From Antedon mediterranea (taxonomy: Eukaryota > Animalia > Echinodermata), in NCBI RefSeq assembly GCF_964355755.1, contig NC_092671.1, positions 558,001 through 622,000 on the forward strand: a stretch of 64,000 nt of DNA, in the 5' to 3' direction. Below the pieces are notes generated by a model. It did no database searches and was not told where the DNA came from. It was given only the letters and a program-made list of their open reading frames with translations. Shown piece by piece: positions 1-16,200 of this stretch (positions within the stretch are counted from its first letter, which is position 1; each line of letters starts with the position of its first letter). Position numbers and translations under genes: made by a program.

Positions 1-1116
1 TGTAATGGTATATTGAAACCTGTGTGGGTTACAAATCTGTGATTTACTGTACATGCCTACTCGGTGTAATGGTATATTGAAACCTGTGTGGGTTACAAAT
101 CTGTGATTTACTGTACATGCCTACTCGGTGTAATGGTATATTGAAACCTGTGTGGGTTACAAATCTGTGATTTACTGTACATGCCTACTCGGTGTAATGG
201 TATATTGAAACCTGTGTGGGTTACAAATCTGTGATTTACTGTACATGCCTACTCGGTGTAATGGTATATTGAAACCTGTGTGGGTTACAAATCTGTGATT
301 TACTGTACATGCCTATTCGGTGTAATGGTATATTGAAACCTGTGTGGGTTACAAATCTGTGATTTACTGTACATGCCTACTCGGTGTAATGGTATATTGA
401 AACCTGTGTGGGTTACAAATCTGTGATTTACTGTACATGCCTACTCGGTGTAATGGTATATTGAAACCTGTGTGGGTTACAAATCTGTGATTTACTGTAC
501 ATGCCTACTCGGTGTAATGGTATATTGAAACCTGTGTGGGTTACAAATCTGTGATTTACTGTACATGCCTACTCGGTGTAATGGTATATTGAAACCTGTG
601 TGGGTTACAAATCTGTGATTTACTGTACATGCCTACTCGGTGTAATGGTATATTGAAACCTGTGTGGGTTACAAATCTGTGATTTACTGTACATGCCTAC
701 TCGGTGTAATGGTATATTGAAACCTGTGTGGGTTACAAATCTGTGATTTACTGTACATGCCTACTGTGGTGTAATGGTATATTGAAACCTGTGTGGGTTA
801 CAAATCTGTGATTTACTGTACATGCCTACTGTGGTATAATGGTATATTGAAACCTGTGTGGGTTACAAATCTGTGATTTACTGTACATGCCTACTGTGGT
901 GTAATGGTATATTGAAACCTGTGTGGGTTACAAATCTGTGATTTACTGTACATGCCTACTGTGGTGTAATGGTATATTGAAACCTGTGTGGGTTACAAAT
1001 CTGTGATTTACTGTACATGCCTACTGTGGTGTAATGGTATATTGAAACCTGTGTGGGTTACAAATCTGTGATTTACTGTACATGCCTACTGTGGTATAAT
1101 GGTATATTGAAACCTG
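1..1116. repeat. Tandem minisatellite, 64-65 bp unit, about 17 copies, intronic in the LRP gene and truncated by the window edge
   Basis: Unit TGTAATGGTATATTGAAACCTGTGTGGGTTACAAATCTGTGATTTACTGTACATGCCTACTCGG recurs every 64 bp (1, 65, 129...). From about 705 on a 65-bp variant ending CTACTGTGG takes over. Confidence 0.98.
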
Positions 1117-1250
1117 CTCTAAAGTGAGATGTTACTTTAGGGTTCCATTTTGTTAAGAAACAATTATTTCATATGACATAAAGATATTTATTTATAATTA
1201 AAAAATTCTTGAAGTTGAAATAAGTAAATGAACTTGAGTGTTTATCTTAC

Positions 1251-4200
1251 CCTTTTGCTGGATTCACCACAATAGAGAAAGGTTTATCAAGATCTTTGTC
1301 AATAAGAATTCTTGCATTTTGTCCATCACTATTAGCAACAGTGATACTTGGGTCGGAGGACAAAGCACGACGTCTACGTCCATCAAACAGATTTTGATCT
1401 CCCCAGTCAGTCCAGTAAATGTTTCTGAAGGAAATATTGAATTGCTTTTTCTATAAATATTTTGTGCACAAAATGTCATTTTTAAAAATAAATGTCACCC
1501 TTTGCACTAAATGTCATTGTTTGCATTAATGTCATTTTTTAATGTCATACTAACCCAGCGACCCAATCACATGTTATTCCTCTTGGTTGTTTTAAATCCC
1601 TCTGAATTTCTTGCAAAGCACCCTCATTTGAACCTCCTAATACAGCTCGTTTGATTTCAAATTCTTGTGAATCAATCCAATATACGTAATCTAAATTAAC
1701 AATGAAAGATTTATTATAATTAATTGATTTGTTATAATTTATTTAATGCACTGGCTTATTTCCATTGAAATTACACCAATTATTATTTATATTATAAACT
1801 TGAAAAAAAAGTGATGTGCCCTTATATAGACATGATGATGTCATATGACTACCAAATTTGGGCATATCACTACCATATTTGGGAACATTACACTTTTTTT
1901 GTCAAACTAATTGGATAGTGTAGACAGAGCTTTATACTGGTTGGACAGCTTTGAAAGTTCATGCCCACCTCTTCCCAGTAAAATTAAATCCATGTGATAT
2001 CAATGATTTTCAACCTACTGTTTTGAACATCCACATCCAAGTCTTCAATTCTCCCTTGTTCTTTTATAAATACATCAACATTTTTAGTTGAGAAATAGTA
2101 GCGTTTTATTGTAGGTCCATCAGAAAAGATAAGGTATTCATTTCCATCTGAAAAAAACCCAATAAGGTGAGGTAAATGCATATGTCAGTCAATGACGGCC
2201 TGATGTTCTGAGGACGGTTAACAAAACAGGTAACGCTAAAGCGAAACCTACCTTCTGTTTGGCAATCTCTTCCATCCCCAAAAATGTCAAAGTACCCTCG
2301 TGCACATTCACATGTGTAGTTACCTTTGGTGTTCACACATACCTGGGGACAAGGGTTGTCATTGCACTCATTGTAATCTAAGAAAAGAAATAATAGGCTT
2401 TGATAAAAATGTTATTGAGTATGGTTGTCAATCTTCAAATGCTTTCTTATGCTCTGCTTTATAGTAGAACCAAAAAAATAACAATTTTATAATCAAAGAT
2501 AATCTTTTTTGCAATAAACCAATCAAAAGATGTGTTATAAATAATAACTAACCAGCACAGCTGAACTGATCAACCTGGCTGAGTGTATAGCCTTCTCCAC
2601 ATGAACAAGCAAAACCATACTCCAAGTCTGTGCAAACTCTCTCACACATTGCTGCACCAGTCACGCATTCATTTACATTTTCATCTTCTTTATCTACAAA
2701 AGAAAAGATAAATCTGTACATTATCAAACTAGTTTGACAAAAAAAAAGTGTGATGTGCCTAAATTTGGCAGTGATATGCCCAAATATGGTAGTGATATGA
2801 CATCATCATGTCCATATATGTACACATCACATTTTGTTGTCACATAGTTTGATAGTGTAGACAGAGCTTAAAAGCTAGGCTAAAATTAAATCAAGAATAT
2901 TTATTCTTCTGTATTATATTTCATTGTGAATTGTTATAGCATGACATAATATGACATGACATGACATAATATGACTTGACATGACATAATATCATAAAGT
3001 CCATCAGTTTTATTAACAAACCATAGCATTGTAATAGGTTCAGTCACCAGTTATAATACTGAAACTGATGTGTCCAAGATGTAGGTTTAATAGTGCAATG
3101 AATAATTTGTTTTTAAAATGAGATGATTCACTTACGGCAACCATGCTCATCAGAATTGTCGTTACAATCATCAAAGCCGTTGCAAAGTTTGGTGACAGGC
3201 ACACAGATTGAGTTCTCACATTTGAATTCATCATATTTACACAATTCTGGCTGAGGTGTACCTAAACAATACAAATTAAACATTTAATAAAAATAAACGA
3301 GTTCTTATAATATAGCGCCGAATTCCAATGAATCTTGCTCATGGCGCTGTGGACTCAGATGTTACACTTTTCAATTACATATGTCTCCCCTAAGGGTCAC
3401 GTCACGTCCTCTCTAAGGCGCTCTCTCATCTGTCCACGACACAGTGGTTGTGTGTTAACTAGTACACCGGGGTAATTCCCTACTCATCTTGAAAGATGTA
3501 CTAGGTTCTTTAAAGTGCACACGAGCAATGTGTGTACACTGGACTTACTAGTAATAGTTCGCTGGTAAGAACAAGTTGTTTCTCTTTTTGCCTTATAAAA
3601 TTAAATAAATAAAAGTTGACTTACAAGATTTGTCAGTTTCATCAGAACTGTCTGGACAGTCTTGATATCCGTTACACATTAAAAAACTGTGTATGCAGAT
3701 AGTTGTTGAATTACACTGAAATTTATTTTCAGGACACGCACCTAAAAAAACATAATTGTAGCACATAATCTACAGCAACTTTCTATGACATTATAGCTTG
3801 TTGTAGTATGTATTTTTGTGTAGTATGAATTTAACAATAAAGTGATATACTGTATAATAACTCTCCCAAAACTGGACACTCTAGCCTGGTTTCAGAATGT
3901 ATCTTAAATAGAAAGAATTGGGCCTTTGGAACTTCTGGTTTTGGTAGAGTTTTTGGGAAGTCTTGGTATAATATAAAATACCATATGTTAATGCAAGTTT
4001 ATACCTATTTGGTAAAATGATTCAGATACGTTTAAATAAATAACAAACAATATTCTCAAACAGCTGGGACTTTGAGATTACACTCAAGTATCAAATGAGT
4101 TAAAATTCACCCTACGATATCTTTATGTACACTAGAGAGTGGTGAATCCAGGATTTTGAAATAGGGGAAGGGGGTGGGGGGTTAGCAGGGCCTAAAAGAG

Positions 4201-7200
4201 AAGTATAATAGAAACCAGAAATTTTATTGGATCTGATATAAAACTTACCACAATTTAGTTCATCACTACCATCTCCACAGTCATCCTGACCATCGCATTC
4301 ATAGTCTTTTGGAACACAAACATTGTTCCTGCAGCTCAATTCATCCTCTTTACAGTTTCTGTCATCTATAAATAAAGTACTTGGTTAGGCCAACACGAAA
4401 CTCATCGAGCAACTCAACACAACTGATCATGAAGTAACACAAAACAAAATGTGCAGCCAGGAAGGCAGTGTCGCACATGTTAAAAGTAGTGTTTTAGTTC
4501 CAATACAAATTTGAAAATAAACTTACTACAACCGTCAGTTTCATCATCCCAATGGTAACAGTCAGGGAACCCATCACATCGGTAATCCTCAGGAATACAA
4601 TGACCTGAAGTACACTGGTATTCTCCTACATCACATCTAGGTTCATCTTAAGATATAAAAACAACTTGCTTTGTAAACTTTCTGTATACAGTCAACTCAA
4701 ACAAGATTGATAATTCTGAATTTCTAATATAACTTAAGACTATTTAAATGCAAATAGATGTGTATAATATATATTATAGCAAGCATTAATTGGTATACTG
4801 TGCTGTTTAATTCTAGATATCATGTGCAAAAAAAAAGAAATGAGATTGAACAGGTGTCTACAATATGAAACTGCAAAAACATCTTTGAAAAATACCATAT
4901 GTCTAAATGTATGTCTACACTATCAAACATTATGTTACAAAAAATGTGATGTACCCATATATAGACATGATGATGTCATATCACTACCATATTTGAGCAT
5001 ATCACTACCATATTTGGGCACATCACACTTTTGTTTTAGTGTAGACTGAGCTTAAGTCTTTATATAGAATTTAAAACTATATTTACTTACTGCATTTAAA
5101 TTCATCTGATCCATCATTACAGTCAACAGTTATATCACAGATTTTATACCAAGGAATGCATTTCCCAGAAGTACATCGATGCTCACTCTCACTACAGGGT
5201 CTATATGCTGAAGAGATGATTTAAACATCAAAATATCAATAAGTATTTATTTATTTTCAGTCACATTCAACAGTGGGAAACCTGCCACTAATAGAAAGGA
5301 TTAAAAATATTTAAAACTATATAACATATAATAACATATTATAAAAACTTTAAACAATTTAATGTATCTTATTACAAAAATATTGATCAAAAAGGGTCAA
5401 TGGAATTATCTTTTTCAATACAATTATTAAAAAGTAAACTGATACGAGAAATAAATCCATTTTTTGTAGAATTGAAACGGCAAAAGGGAACAGATAAAAG
5501 ATTACATTTATAATAAATGTACAGTACTTGTGCACCTTTTCAATAATAAACTAAATTTGCTAAAGAGGGTGTATTGCTCATTTTTTTTAACATGCTTAAC
5601 TGCCTATCAATAAAAAAAAACAAAGAACTAATAGCATATAGTTCACAACTGTATTTTCTTTGTATTAAGGAGTGCATGAGAAAAACATGAGAAACACATA
5701 CACTGTGTTAAGCTCTGTCTACACTATCAAACTTTATGTGAGAAAAAAATGTAATGTGCCCAATATGGACATGATGATGTCATATCACTACCATATTTAA
5801 GCATATCACTACAATATATGGGCACATCAGACTAATTTGATAGTGTAGTCAGAGCTTTAGGGGTTGTTGGCAGGTATTCACTTACTAGAACATGATGATT
5901 CATCGGAATAGTCTCCACAATCATTATCAAAATCACATCGCCATCGTAGCGGGATACATTTTTTATTATTACAGCGGAATTCACCTGGGCTGCATGTTCT
6001 ATCTCCTAAACAACATAATCAAATATTACAATTATGTTTCATGTATATCAAATAAAATCACTTTATTTCGTCCTCAATTGGAAAATATTTTGAGTGTATT
6101 TCATAGTATAGTACATACAAATATTTAAAACATTTGGTTAAAAGATATTAAAATACTTATATTTTGTAATTTTAATAAATTCTAGCCAATCATAAGATTT
6201 GTATTCTGGAATTTAAATGCATGTTAGCCAACAATAGAGTTGTATTTGTTCATATTGTACTGTACATATACTAATAAATCTAAAGGTGCTTTGTTATTGT
6301 TGTACATTTTAGCTAACAAACAAAGAGTATCTGTTCATGTGAAAGTGTTAAGATTAATGTCAATCTCATTTATATTCTAATTAAGTTAACACTAACGGCA
6401 AAGACTATAGAATTCATCTGATCCCCCTGTGCGACACTGGTTCAATCCATCACACACGGCATACTCTGGTATGCAGCGATAGTTATTGAGGCATGAATAC
6501 CAACCAGTGGGACATGTCACACTTTCTGTAAGAACAACAAATTAATGAATTTAATGCAACAACTATTTAATGTAAACCAAAACTCTCTTTTTTATACCAC
6601 AATACATTCCATCATAAATAGGTTTAAACTATTATCACATTGCGAGCGTTGAGCGTGTTTTCACATCAAGCACAAATTTAATTATCCGTTGTTAAACAAG
6701 GTAGGTCATTTATGCCCACTGCTTTGACTAAAGAAAAAAATTGTACAATTTCAGAAAACAAATGGCTTCTTGATCCATCACTACAAAGTCGGAGCCCGAA
6801 TCATGTACGGATTTGAATCGTAAGAATTTGGTGTGAACAATCATATGCTTTACCACTGAACCCATTTTCCACGATTTTTTTCTCAGGGTGCCGGACCGAA
6901 TCAGGGGCGCGATGTGAAAGCAGCTTTATCCTGTATCGCTTTGGTAATGACACATGTTACTCCATAGCAAGAGGTTAAATACAGACGAGGCAAAGATGCT
7001 TTAAATATAATTTTTCAGGCAATGAGAGGGTCTCGTCTCCCTCATGCTTATTACGGCCCTGTGTTACTAAATAAGTGCTAATGAATGTTTAACATACGAC
7101 ACTCAGTTACAGGTTCATCACTGAAATCACCACAGTCATTATCAAGATCACAGCGCCAGTAGTCTGGGATACAGTAGCCATTGTCACACTGGAAGTAACC

Positions 7201-10200
7201 TTCAGAACACACATGGTCACCTACAAAAGAAATTGAAATCTTAAATAGTATTTTGAAAGTGTAATGTAAACTTATGATGGTTATCTACGTTACCCTTTGC
7301 AGATAACTGAAATAAGTACCAAACACCTATCGATCGATCAATCAATATTAATAAGATTGTATTTATTTATTTATTAGAACATTAGAAAAAGGTATACCGT
7401 TTAACAGAAGTTAGCAATAGTAAAATTCTAACTTTTTTAATTAATGTAATATAGTTAAATTGATCATTTTGCTTTCTCTAACACCCCACACAAGTACACA
7501 GCTATAGTACAGTAGTGTCTTAGCCACTGTAATGTGTGGCAGTAAAGCTCAAAGACATATTGGCCAGGCCTAGAAAATGGTAATATTCAACAATTTAGAG
7601 TAGGGAGAACAAATTATGTTATCACTTTCTGCTGTTGAAAACAATGCTTCTCTATTATCAAATCAAAACATCTGGGGTTGTACTTAGTACACAACTCATG
7701 TCTAACCCTAAACGAAAAGTTCAGCGTCTTGTCTACGACACTATAGAGAACACTGAGTGGTGTGAAATAATAATACAAATGATAACTCTTACTACATGTG
7801 ACAGCATGCTCATCTGAGCCATCAGCACAGTGCTCTCGTTGCTGGCATACTAGGTCCACGTCAATGCATTGACCACTGTCACAGCGGAACTCCCAGGGAT
7901 TACATTCAGCCGTTGCTGTCAAAATGAAGAATACATAATTAGCATTAGGCAAACTTGGTTCATGACAATACATTGACAATTGCAGGAAAATGGATTAAAT
8001 TCAGTCGATGCAATGAAATGAAGAATACATAATTAGTTTTTTAGAAAAAAAAAACGTTTTCATTGATTAACTATATATAAGTAGCATTTGTTGGCAAACA
8101 TGTCAATATATTGATCATTATTGTAGCAAAATTAATATGAATTAAATTCAGTCGATGCAATGAAATGAAGAAGGTAATTAGTACTTTAGAAAATATCCAT
8201 ATTTTCATTGATTTTTCCTGATTTATATTGTATAAATCATACATTTTAGTAAAGAAAGTGAATTAGCTTAATATCTAAATTATCATGTTGTACCACAATG
8301 ACAAGACACCTAAATAAGACAAATTTTAAAATGGTTTAAAGATAGCAGAATAGTTTCAATTTACTGTAAAATAATACTCATCAAAAATTGTAATATAATG
8401 TGTAAAGATATACTTACAACAATGGCTTTCATCTGAGAAATCTCCACAATCATCGTCACCATCACATACAAATTGAATTAAAGTACATGCAAGATTATCA
8501 CACTGGTATTGACCTGATGTGCACACCCTCTCGGCTATAATAACAAATGAATAATAGTCAAATTAAAAGGTTATTTATGATGATTGCTAAAGTTGGGAGA
8601 AGGAATGACAGTTCTATTATTCAAAACAATAACATACAATATATAATATATAGATAAAAAATGCTAGGGGCAGCTTAAGCAAAATACATTACTGTAACTG
8701 TAAAGAGCCAGCTATACCCCTTGTATATTAATTCTACTCTAAAAGCCCTCTATAGAAAACAATACAAAAATAGATTAAAACACCACAGATTCAAAACGAC
8801 AACTTACGACATGCATCATATTCATCTGATCCATCATGGCAATCCACTTCTCCGTCACATTTCCAATAATATGGAATACATCTATCATCATTCGCACATT
8901 TGAACTGCTGGTTAGTACACTGCGCTTCACATGTTTTCAAATCAGTTTTTAAAATAAAGTTATTTGGACATGCACATTTGGCTGTTGGAAATCCAAGGCT
9001 GTAAGATTCTCCTAGTAGACACAAATGACTACATCCTGCGTTGTTTACACCACAGGGGTTAGAAATACCTACCAAAAAAAAAATCAATCAAAACACCATT
9101 TAAAAAAAGTTTCATTATATTTAAAGAAAAAAAAAACAGAAAAAAATGAACTCAAGCGAAGTTAAATTTTCTCTGCTCATCTTAAGCTCTCTCTACACTA
9201 TGATGTGCCCATATATGGACATGATGATGTCATAGCAATACCATATTTAAGCATATCACTACCATACCTGTATATGGGCACATCACATTTTTGTTTGATA
9301 AGTGTAGTCAGAGCTTTAACAATCCAATAAATATATTACGTTTACAGCAGATTTTAACAGTTCTGTAGATTTAACAGCTTTACTATGTATAAAAGGAAAA
9401 AAAATAATTACTTGAATCTTGACGTAGAGGGTGCACTACATGTATGTCAAAAGGTCGGTGAAGTGTGGTCTGCATGACCTCAGCACCTTCACCTGTCCAT
9501 TTATTTGCCCTGTTGATAGTCTTCACGTTCCAGTCTGTCCAGTAGACATAATCTTCAAAGACAGTGACAGCAAATGGATGGCCTACTCCCTCATCAAGAA
9601 GAAGAGTAACACCAGATCCATCTAAATTAGAATACCTAAAGACAAATTTATAATGTACCTTGTAAAAGCAATAACATATAATATAACGTATACAGAATAA
9701 TACTGGGCAGTACAAGAAAAGTACATTACTTTAATGAGCCTACACCTTGTAATAAATAATATACATATAAAAATAATTAATTTATTATTTATTCAACTTT
9801 GCTACCATGGTAGCTCTGAATACAGAATACAGTATATCTCTATTATGGGCACGTCATGTTTGTATACAAAATTCTTTATTGTCCTAAAAAATGAAAATGC
9901 TATTGCCGATTACTGACAACAAATAAGCTTAATTTATCTGTACTTTAAATTTCCAATATTTAAAATTTATGTTATAATTAGTTATGTAAGGCTTTTGTTG
10001 CTGTAATGTATTTCTTATGGATTTTTTATTTTTTTAAATAAAGTGTACCTGAATATAACTACAAAGACCCTCATTTCAATTTTAAGCTATGTCTACATCC
10101 ATCAAATTGTACGTGACAAAATATGATGTACCCATATATGGACATGATGATGTCATATCACTACCATATTTGGGCATATCACTACTATATTTGGGCACAT

Positions 10201-13200
10201 CACACTATATTTGTTAAACTAGTTTGATAATGTAGACAGAGCTTTATACTTACACAATATGATCAAGATGTGCGTCTGCCCAATAGAGTTTATCAGTTTC
10301 AAAACAGATAGTAAGTCCATTAGGCCAACCAACAAGATCATCATGAAATTCAGTGGCACCTGTACCATCCATACTGGATCTACCAATGTATGGTCTTAAC
10401 CCCCAGTCAGACCAGTATAAGTAGCTGCAAAGTAAACAAATATAAATATATTATCAACTGTATTATACTTCTTTATTTCTTTCATTAGGCACGTTCATAT
10501 AACATTTTTTTGGAAACATACTCCCATAATGCAGCTAGTAATCAGAGCAAAGTTGTGTCTTGATGTAACCGGATTCACATTTATACACCTGGGTGGAGAG
10601 AGGCAAATGTAATGCAGCTAGTAATCAGAGAAAAGTTGTGTCTTGATGTAACCGGGTACCCATTTATACACCTGGGTGGAGAGAGGCAAATGTAAGTATA
10701 GTATCTTGCCTAAGGATACAAGCAATGCGACGAGAGTTGGATTCGAACCTCGATCTCACAATCAGTATTCGAACGTCCAACACACTGCGCCACACGCCCT
10801 TACTCAGTAAAATGACTGTCTTGATCATGATCAGTGCAAATTTGTTTAAATATGAATATTAATTTATATATATATCAGGATAGTTGTATTATATTGACTG
10901 TGTGTTAGTGTCTTTTTCAAATTTACTCACCCGTTTCGTGGATCTACAGTAATACCTCTGGGATCAAATAGATTATCTCTTATAATTGTCTTTCTGGACG
11001 TGCCATCCAAATTTGCAACATCTATTGTATCCAAGCCTCGGTCTGTCCAATATATTTTCCTATTTAAAAAAACAAAATATTTGTCAATGGATAAAATGTT
11101 TGTTTTCTTTTTAACAAATACAAAGAGAGTCTAAAAGGTAAAGATAAATTCATTTATAGAATAGTATTTTTTTTTTTCATCAAATGATTTGTTAGTTTAA
11201 ATTTTTTCAGAAGCCAATAGATCAAATAATTTATGTTTTGAAGAATAAGAATCTAGTTTATGACAACATTCTATGCACATATAGCTATATATCTGTATTG
11301 TAGTATCCTTCATAATCTATTAATAATTACGCCGCACAAAACCAAATCTTTAAATGTAATGTACCTGCCAATCCAATCAATAGCTATGCCTTCTCCTTCT
11401 TCTATATCATTTGCAACGATAGTTGTCTTAGCTGAGCCATCTAACTTTGATCGTACAATTTGTTTAGCTAGGTAGTCTATGCTATACATCTCTTCCCGCT
11501 CCAAATCAAAGTCAGTTGCTGCCACAAGATAAAACCCATCAGACAAAAGTTGATAATCATCTCCAGTGAGACCAATGCGTCGAATGTAATGATTATTACT
11601 GAATAGTAAGTAAGGATCAATGTCTAAATTATGAAAGAAAATAAATTCAATTAAAGTTAATATTTATTTCTATACATAAAGATATTAGATTAAACACTGT
11701 AGAGTATTAAATGTTTTGCCCTACTGTGATGTAATTGTACTGTACAATATATATTGAAAACTTGAATTTGCTTTGGGACTTAATACTATAGTAATACTGT
11801 AGTTGAATTATCATCATGAAAATAATAACGTACTAAAAACAATACAATGTACATTAAATTCTTCAAAATCAAAACACTCTGCAACATATTGTCTGTTGGA
11901 GTGGAAGGCAAGGATTGGCAAGAGTGACGATTGCTGCCAGTGCTCTCTGTTTTCTTTAATTTATTGGTTAAAATATTTGAAAAGGTTCTTAAAGATGCTA
12001 GTCACCCGTTCTAAAAATATTTTACCATCCAACCAAGTGGTAGTTTCCGGGCTTCTGCAGCTTGTACCAATCCTCTCTCCTGCTCTCCTCATCAAATATT
12101 TTAACGTAACCACCCTTTTTGTGTTTCACTATCTGTACCTTTATACTTTGTATATTGTTAATTTGAGATTAAAATTTCACAAAAATGTCTTATTTTTGTG
12201 AAACTATAAATGTCGTATTTCAAGTGGTAGCATGTTAAATCACATTTGGTTTGAAAGCTTTAGGGCACAATGTTGTGGAAAACCATGCATTATAGTATGA
12301 GTTTCTTACCATCACTATGTATACAGCTACCAGCTGCATTTTGTGTATAGCCACTATTGCAATAACATATATATGATCCATCAGTATTAGTACATCTTTG
12401 ACTACACACCCACGGCTGCTCTGTGCATTCATTAATATCTAAAGAATAAACATATTCCGTTATAATACATTTCCTTATATACTGTTATGTTACTTTGAAC
12501 AGAACATGTTAAAAATAAAAAATATTGGTTTTTAATCTGTCAGCTTTTGTTTTTCATTAACAAATGAATTATTCACTTTTAAATTGTTTTTTTTTTTAAA
12601 TTTTCTAAATGTATTTCCAATGTTTTCATATGAAAAATAAAAATTATCAGTATCATTATGAAGCCTTAGTGCCTCACCCTTTGGATGAAATGTTAAGCAG
12701 TTTGTCTTATCATGGAGATGCCTCTATGGTAGGTATCATGTGTATATAATGTAAATGAGACTGGGTATACTAAAGATAGAAGCTTGGGAACACATAAACA
12801 CTTGTTAAGTGGAAATGTTGTTTAATCCCTTGTGTCAGACCTCAAATCCACATCTAGTTCTTACCTTCACATGTAACTGAATCTTCTTTCAACTTCTGGC
12901 CACTTAAACAGCCACATTTAAAAGAATTTGGTGTGTCGATGCATAGTTCTGTACAACTATTTTGTGTTAAACATTCATTTGTCCCTGTATATCAAAAAAA
13001 AGCAATAGAAAATTAATTTCATATCATTTATTTACATACTCTTGAATACTGAAGGAAATGTCCAGAAATATGATCTCCTGTGTTGAAGATAGGACATCAA
13101 ATTAAGCTCAGCCCTTCATTTCACCGTTAGGCCCTGCCCCTCCCTATTTCAAAATCCTAGATCCGCCACTGGGGTTTATAAAGTTGTCCATCATTGATTA

Positions 13201-16200
13201 ATGCTTGATTGACTCATTCATTCAAAACTAAAAAGTTTCTTTCAAAATGAGTATTGTTGAAATGAAGCGTAACATGTCTGTAACCTAGACATTGTGCTGT
13301 ATGTTCTTGCAGGTTCCTTTTTCTGTTTATTTGTTTATTGTTAGATGTATCTAAACTCACCACAATTGGATTCATCTGTTTTATCCGCACAATGATTAAA
13401 ACCATCACAGAGTTGTTGCTCACCTACACACGTCCCATCACCACACACATAATCATTTGGATCACATCCTAAAAGTTTTATGATAAATTAGGCTAATAGT
13501 AGACAGACATACTTTATTATTATCACATAATAAATATAAAATGTGAGACTCGGCTTGACTCCCATTTTAATCTTATTAAAAACATAATACAGAAAAAAAA
13601 AAACACTTAAAGACAAGAAAGAGTTCATTGAGCTTTTGTCCAATTCTTGATTGTACACACATTATTTTTTAATTTACAAATGCATTAAAACATCATAGGT
13701 CATAGGTCAAATCTCAGCTGCTGCCAAGGGCCTGATAGAAGTAATAGTAATCCCTTGGTATATTATTTAGTGTCATCAATGTACAATACTCTAGTTGATG
13801 TCATTAAATGACATTATACAACTAGTGTATAATCAGTAGAGACATAGTGATAATGATTATTGCTGATTAATGTTATAATCAAAATGTATGCTATGCTAAT
13901 GTTATCCACAGGAGGTTGTTGTAAATTTACATATTCTCACTATTACAGTCATGTCATGATTTAGAATTATAGAAATGTGCGCTAACTATACAGAATAAGT
14001 GCTAATGTTAAGCCACATTATAGTTAATCGCAAAGGCTATGTCAAAAGTATTTAGAATAGGAACATTATATTTTAAAACATAAAGTGTTGTCATGTACAC
14101 TTACCACAGTCAGCTTCATCAGAATTATCTCTACAATCATCTTTACCATCACAGGTTAAACTAGTTTCTATACAGCGGCCATTACCACAGGTGAATTGTG
14201 AGGAATAACATATTGGATATCCTGAAAAATGAACATCCAATCAAGTCAAATATAACATTAGATTGTATAGTGTTGTTGTATACAAGAGATACAGATGTCA
14301 TGTTAAACAGCCAGCACAATCCTATTAAAGAAAAGGAGAGGGGGAGGGGGGGGGGGAGTGTCTGGAAACAAGAGATACAGATGTCATGTTAACGTTAAAA
14401 ACAGCCAGATAACAATCCTATTAAAGAAAAGGAGAGGGGGAGGGGGTGGGGGAGTGTCTGGAAACAAGAGATACTAGTTGCTTTTATGATAACAATACCT
14501 GTAAAACACATGAATAACCAAAGTAGACGTAACAAATAAAAGCTTACCACAAAAGTTTCCTTCATCAGACCCATCCCCGCAATCATTGTTATGGTCACAT
14601 TTCCCTGACAACGGAATACACAGTCCATTACTGCAACTGAAGTCTGTTAATGGACACTGATAATTTGCTGTGAAAAGAAAAAGAAATATCATTTCATGTA
14701 CAAAATCTCTTGTTTTTTTTTCTTTAATTATAATGTATTATTTATGTTAATTCTCAGGTGTGGAAACTAAGTAAGATTTATATTTACATAATTTACAGGT
14801 GCTGATAATCATACGATTCATTATCAAATCCTTCTATTATCTAGTTTTATTACTTTCAGTGGATGACTTTCCAATGTCTGTCATTTTAAAATATGGTACA
14901 ATAAGCTTGGATTACATCCAAAGAAAGCTTTTCATATAAATTTGGCATTTTAATATCAATCATCACATACCATAACTCATAATAAACAACATGTTCCTGG
15001 TTAATCAACCAGGTATTCCGTCCTTCCCATTTATATACCCTTTTAGTCTGAAAGCCATTTGTAAAGTTTAGGAAAAAACCCCTATATTATCAATAATAAT
15101 AATTTATATTATATATATAATAATATTATAGTACAATTGTTGTATTGTATTGTTAACGTAATATTTGAAACTGAGGGTTTTTTCTTTCACAAAACTATAA
15201 AGTATAAGATAAAAAACAAATTTTTGACAAAATGAGGATATAGTGAATGAGCAGGTTGACAGTATATTCCAATACATTCCAATACATTCTAACTTGCAAC
15301 CATTTGAGATTTGATAAAAGTGTACTATTTCAATTAAATGGATCATCACCAACCAAGGTGAATAGTCTTTGCAAGTAATAAACCGTTTATACTAATTGCT
15401 ATTTAACTATCAAGAATAATAGAAACATTCCTCAATTTTAATCATAATTAAGCAGGACACCATCCAACCATACAGTAATATTTCTCATGGTTAGGCCCTA
15501 AATAGTTTTCAAGATACTGTAAGGCTATGAGAAATACAATGACTCTCATCAGTCACCAAAATGTGAAATTCGGCCCTGAATAAACCATGGAGGTTTTCCT
15601 CCATGCATAAACAAAGTTCATCTTTCATCTTAAATAAATACTGAGAATGAATTTGATGTAAAAAACAACAAATCTAGCGAATTCATTCCATTCTGTATAT
15701 TTTACATTGTGTTAATGTAAAGGTTTATGCTAACATGGTCTAGGATTTATGTTTATGATCTGCTAACATTGAGTTTTTAAACAATAGAAGATTACAATCT
15801 GATGATGACATTTTATGATGAAAATCCCGCACTAAAATTGAGACCATTGCAATGTATTTCCCCAGGCTTCTTCAATTCACAAAATGTCATCTCAAACAGA
15901 TTGCAAAATATGATGCATCATCCCTTTCTGCACTCTCATTCTTGTTATTTGTACTGTATTTTTTTTTTCTCAGTTTGTAGGAAAGCGCTTAGAGGTTTCA
16001 CAACATTAAGCACTTTATAAATCCAGGATTTTATTATTTATTATGTTAAATAAAAAGTTTTTTTAATAAAGTGAGTGATGTAAATATCATGTGCTTAATA
16101 TTTTGACAAAACAGCATCATATGACTAATCATTTGTATTGTAATTTACCAATTTACCTTTTTACCTGAATACCCATACAAAATAAGCCAATTGCTTGAAA

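Noticed and set aside
1-1116. Repeat array as CRISPR-like
   Set aside because: Contiguous near-identical units with no spacers and no cas genes.
6780-6870. tRNA-like box remnants (also near 35940-36000)
   Set aside because: No cloverleaf can be built; at most these are decayed SINE heads.
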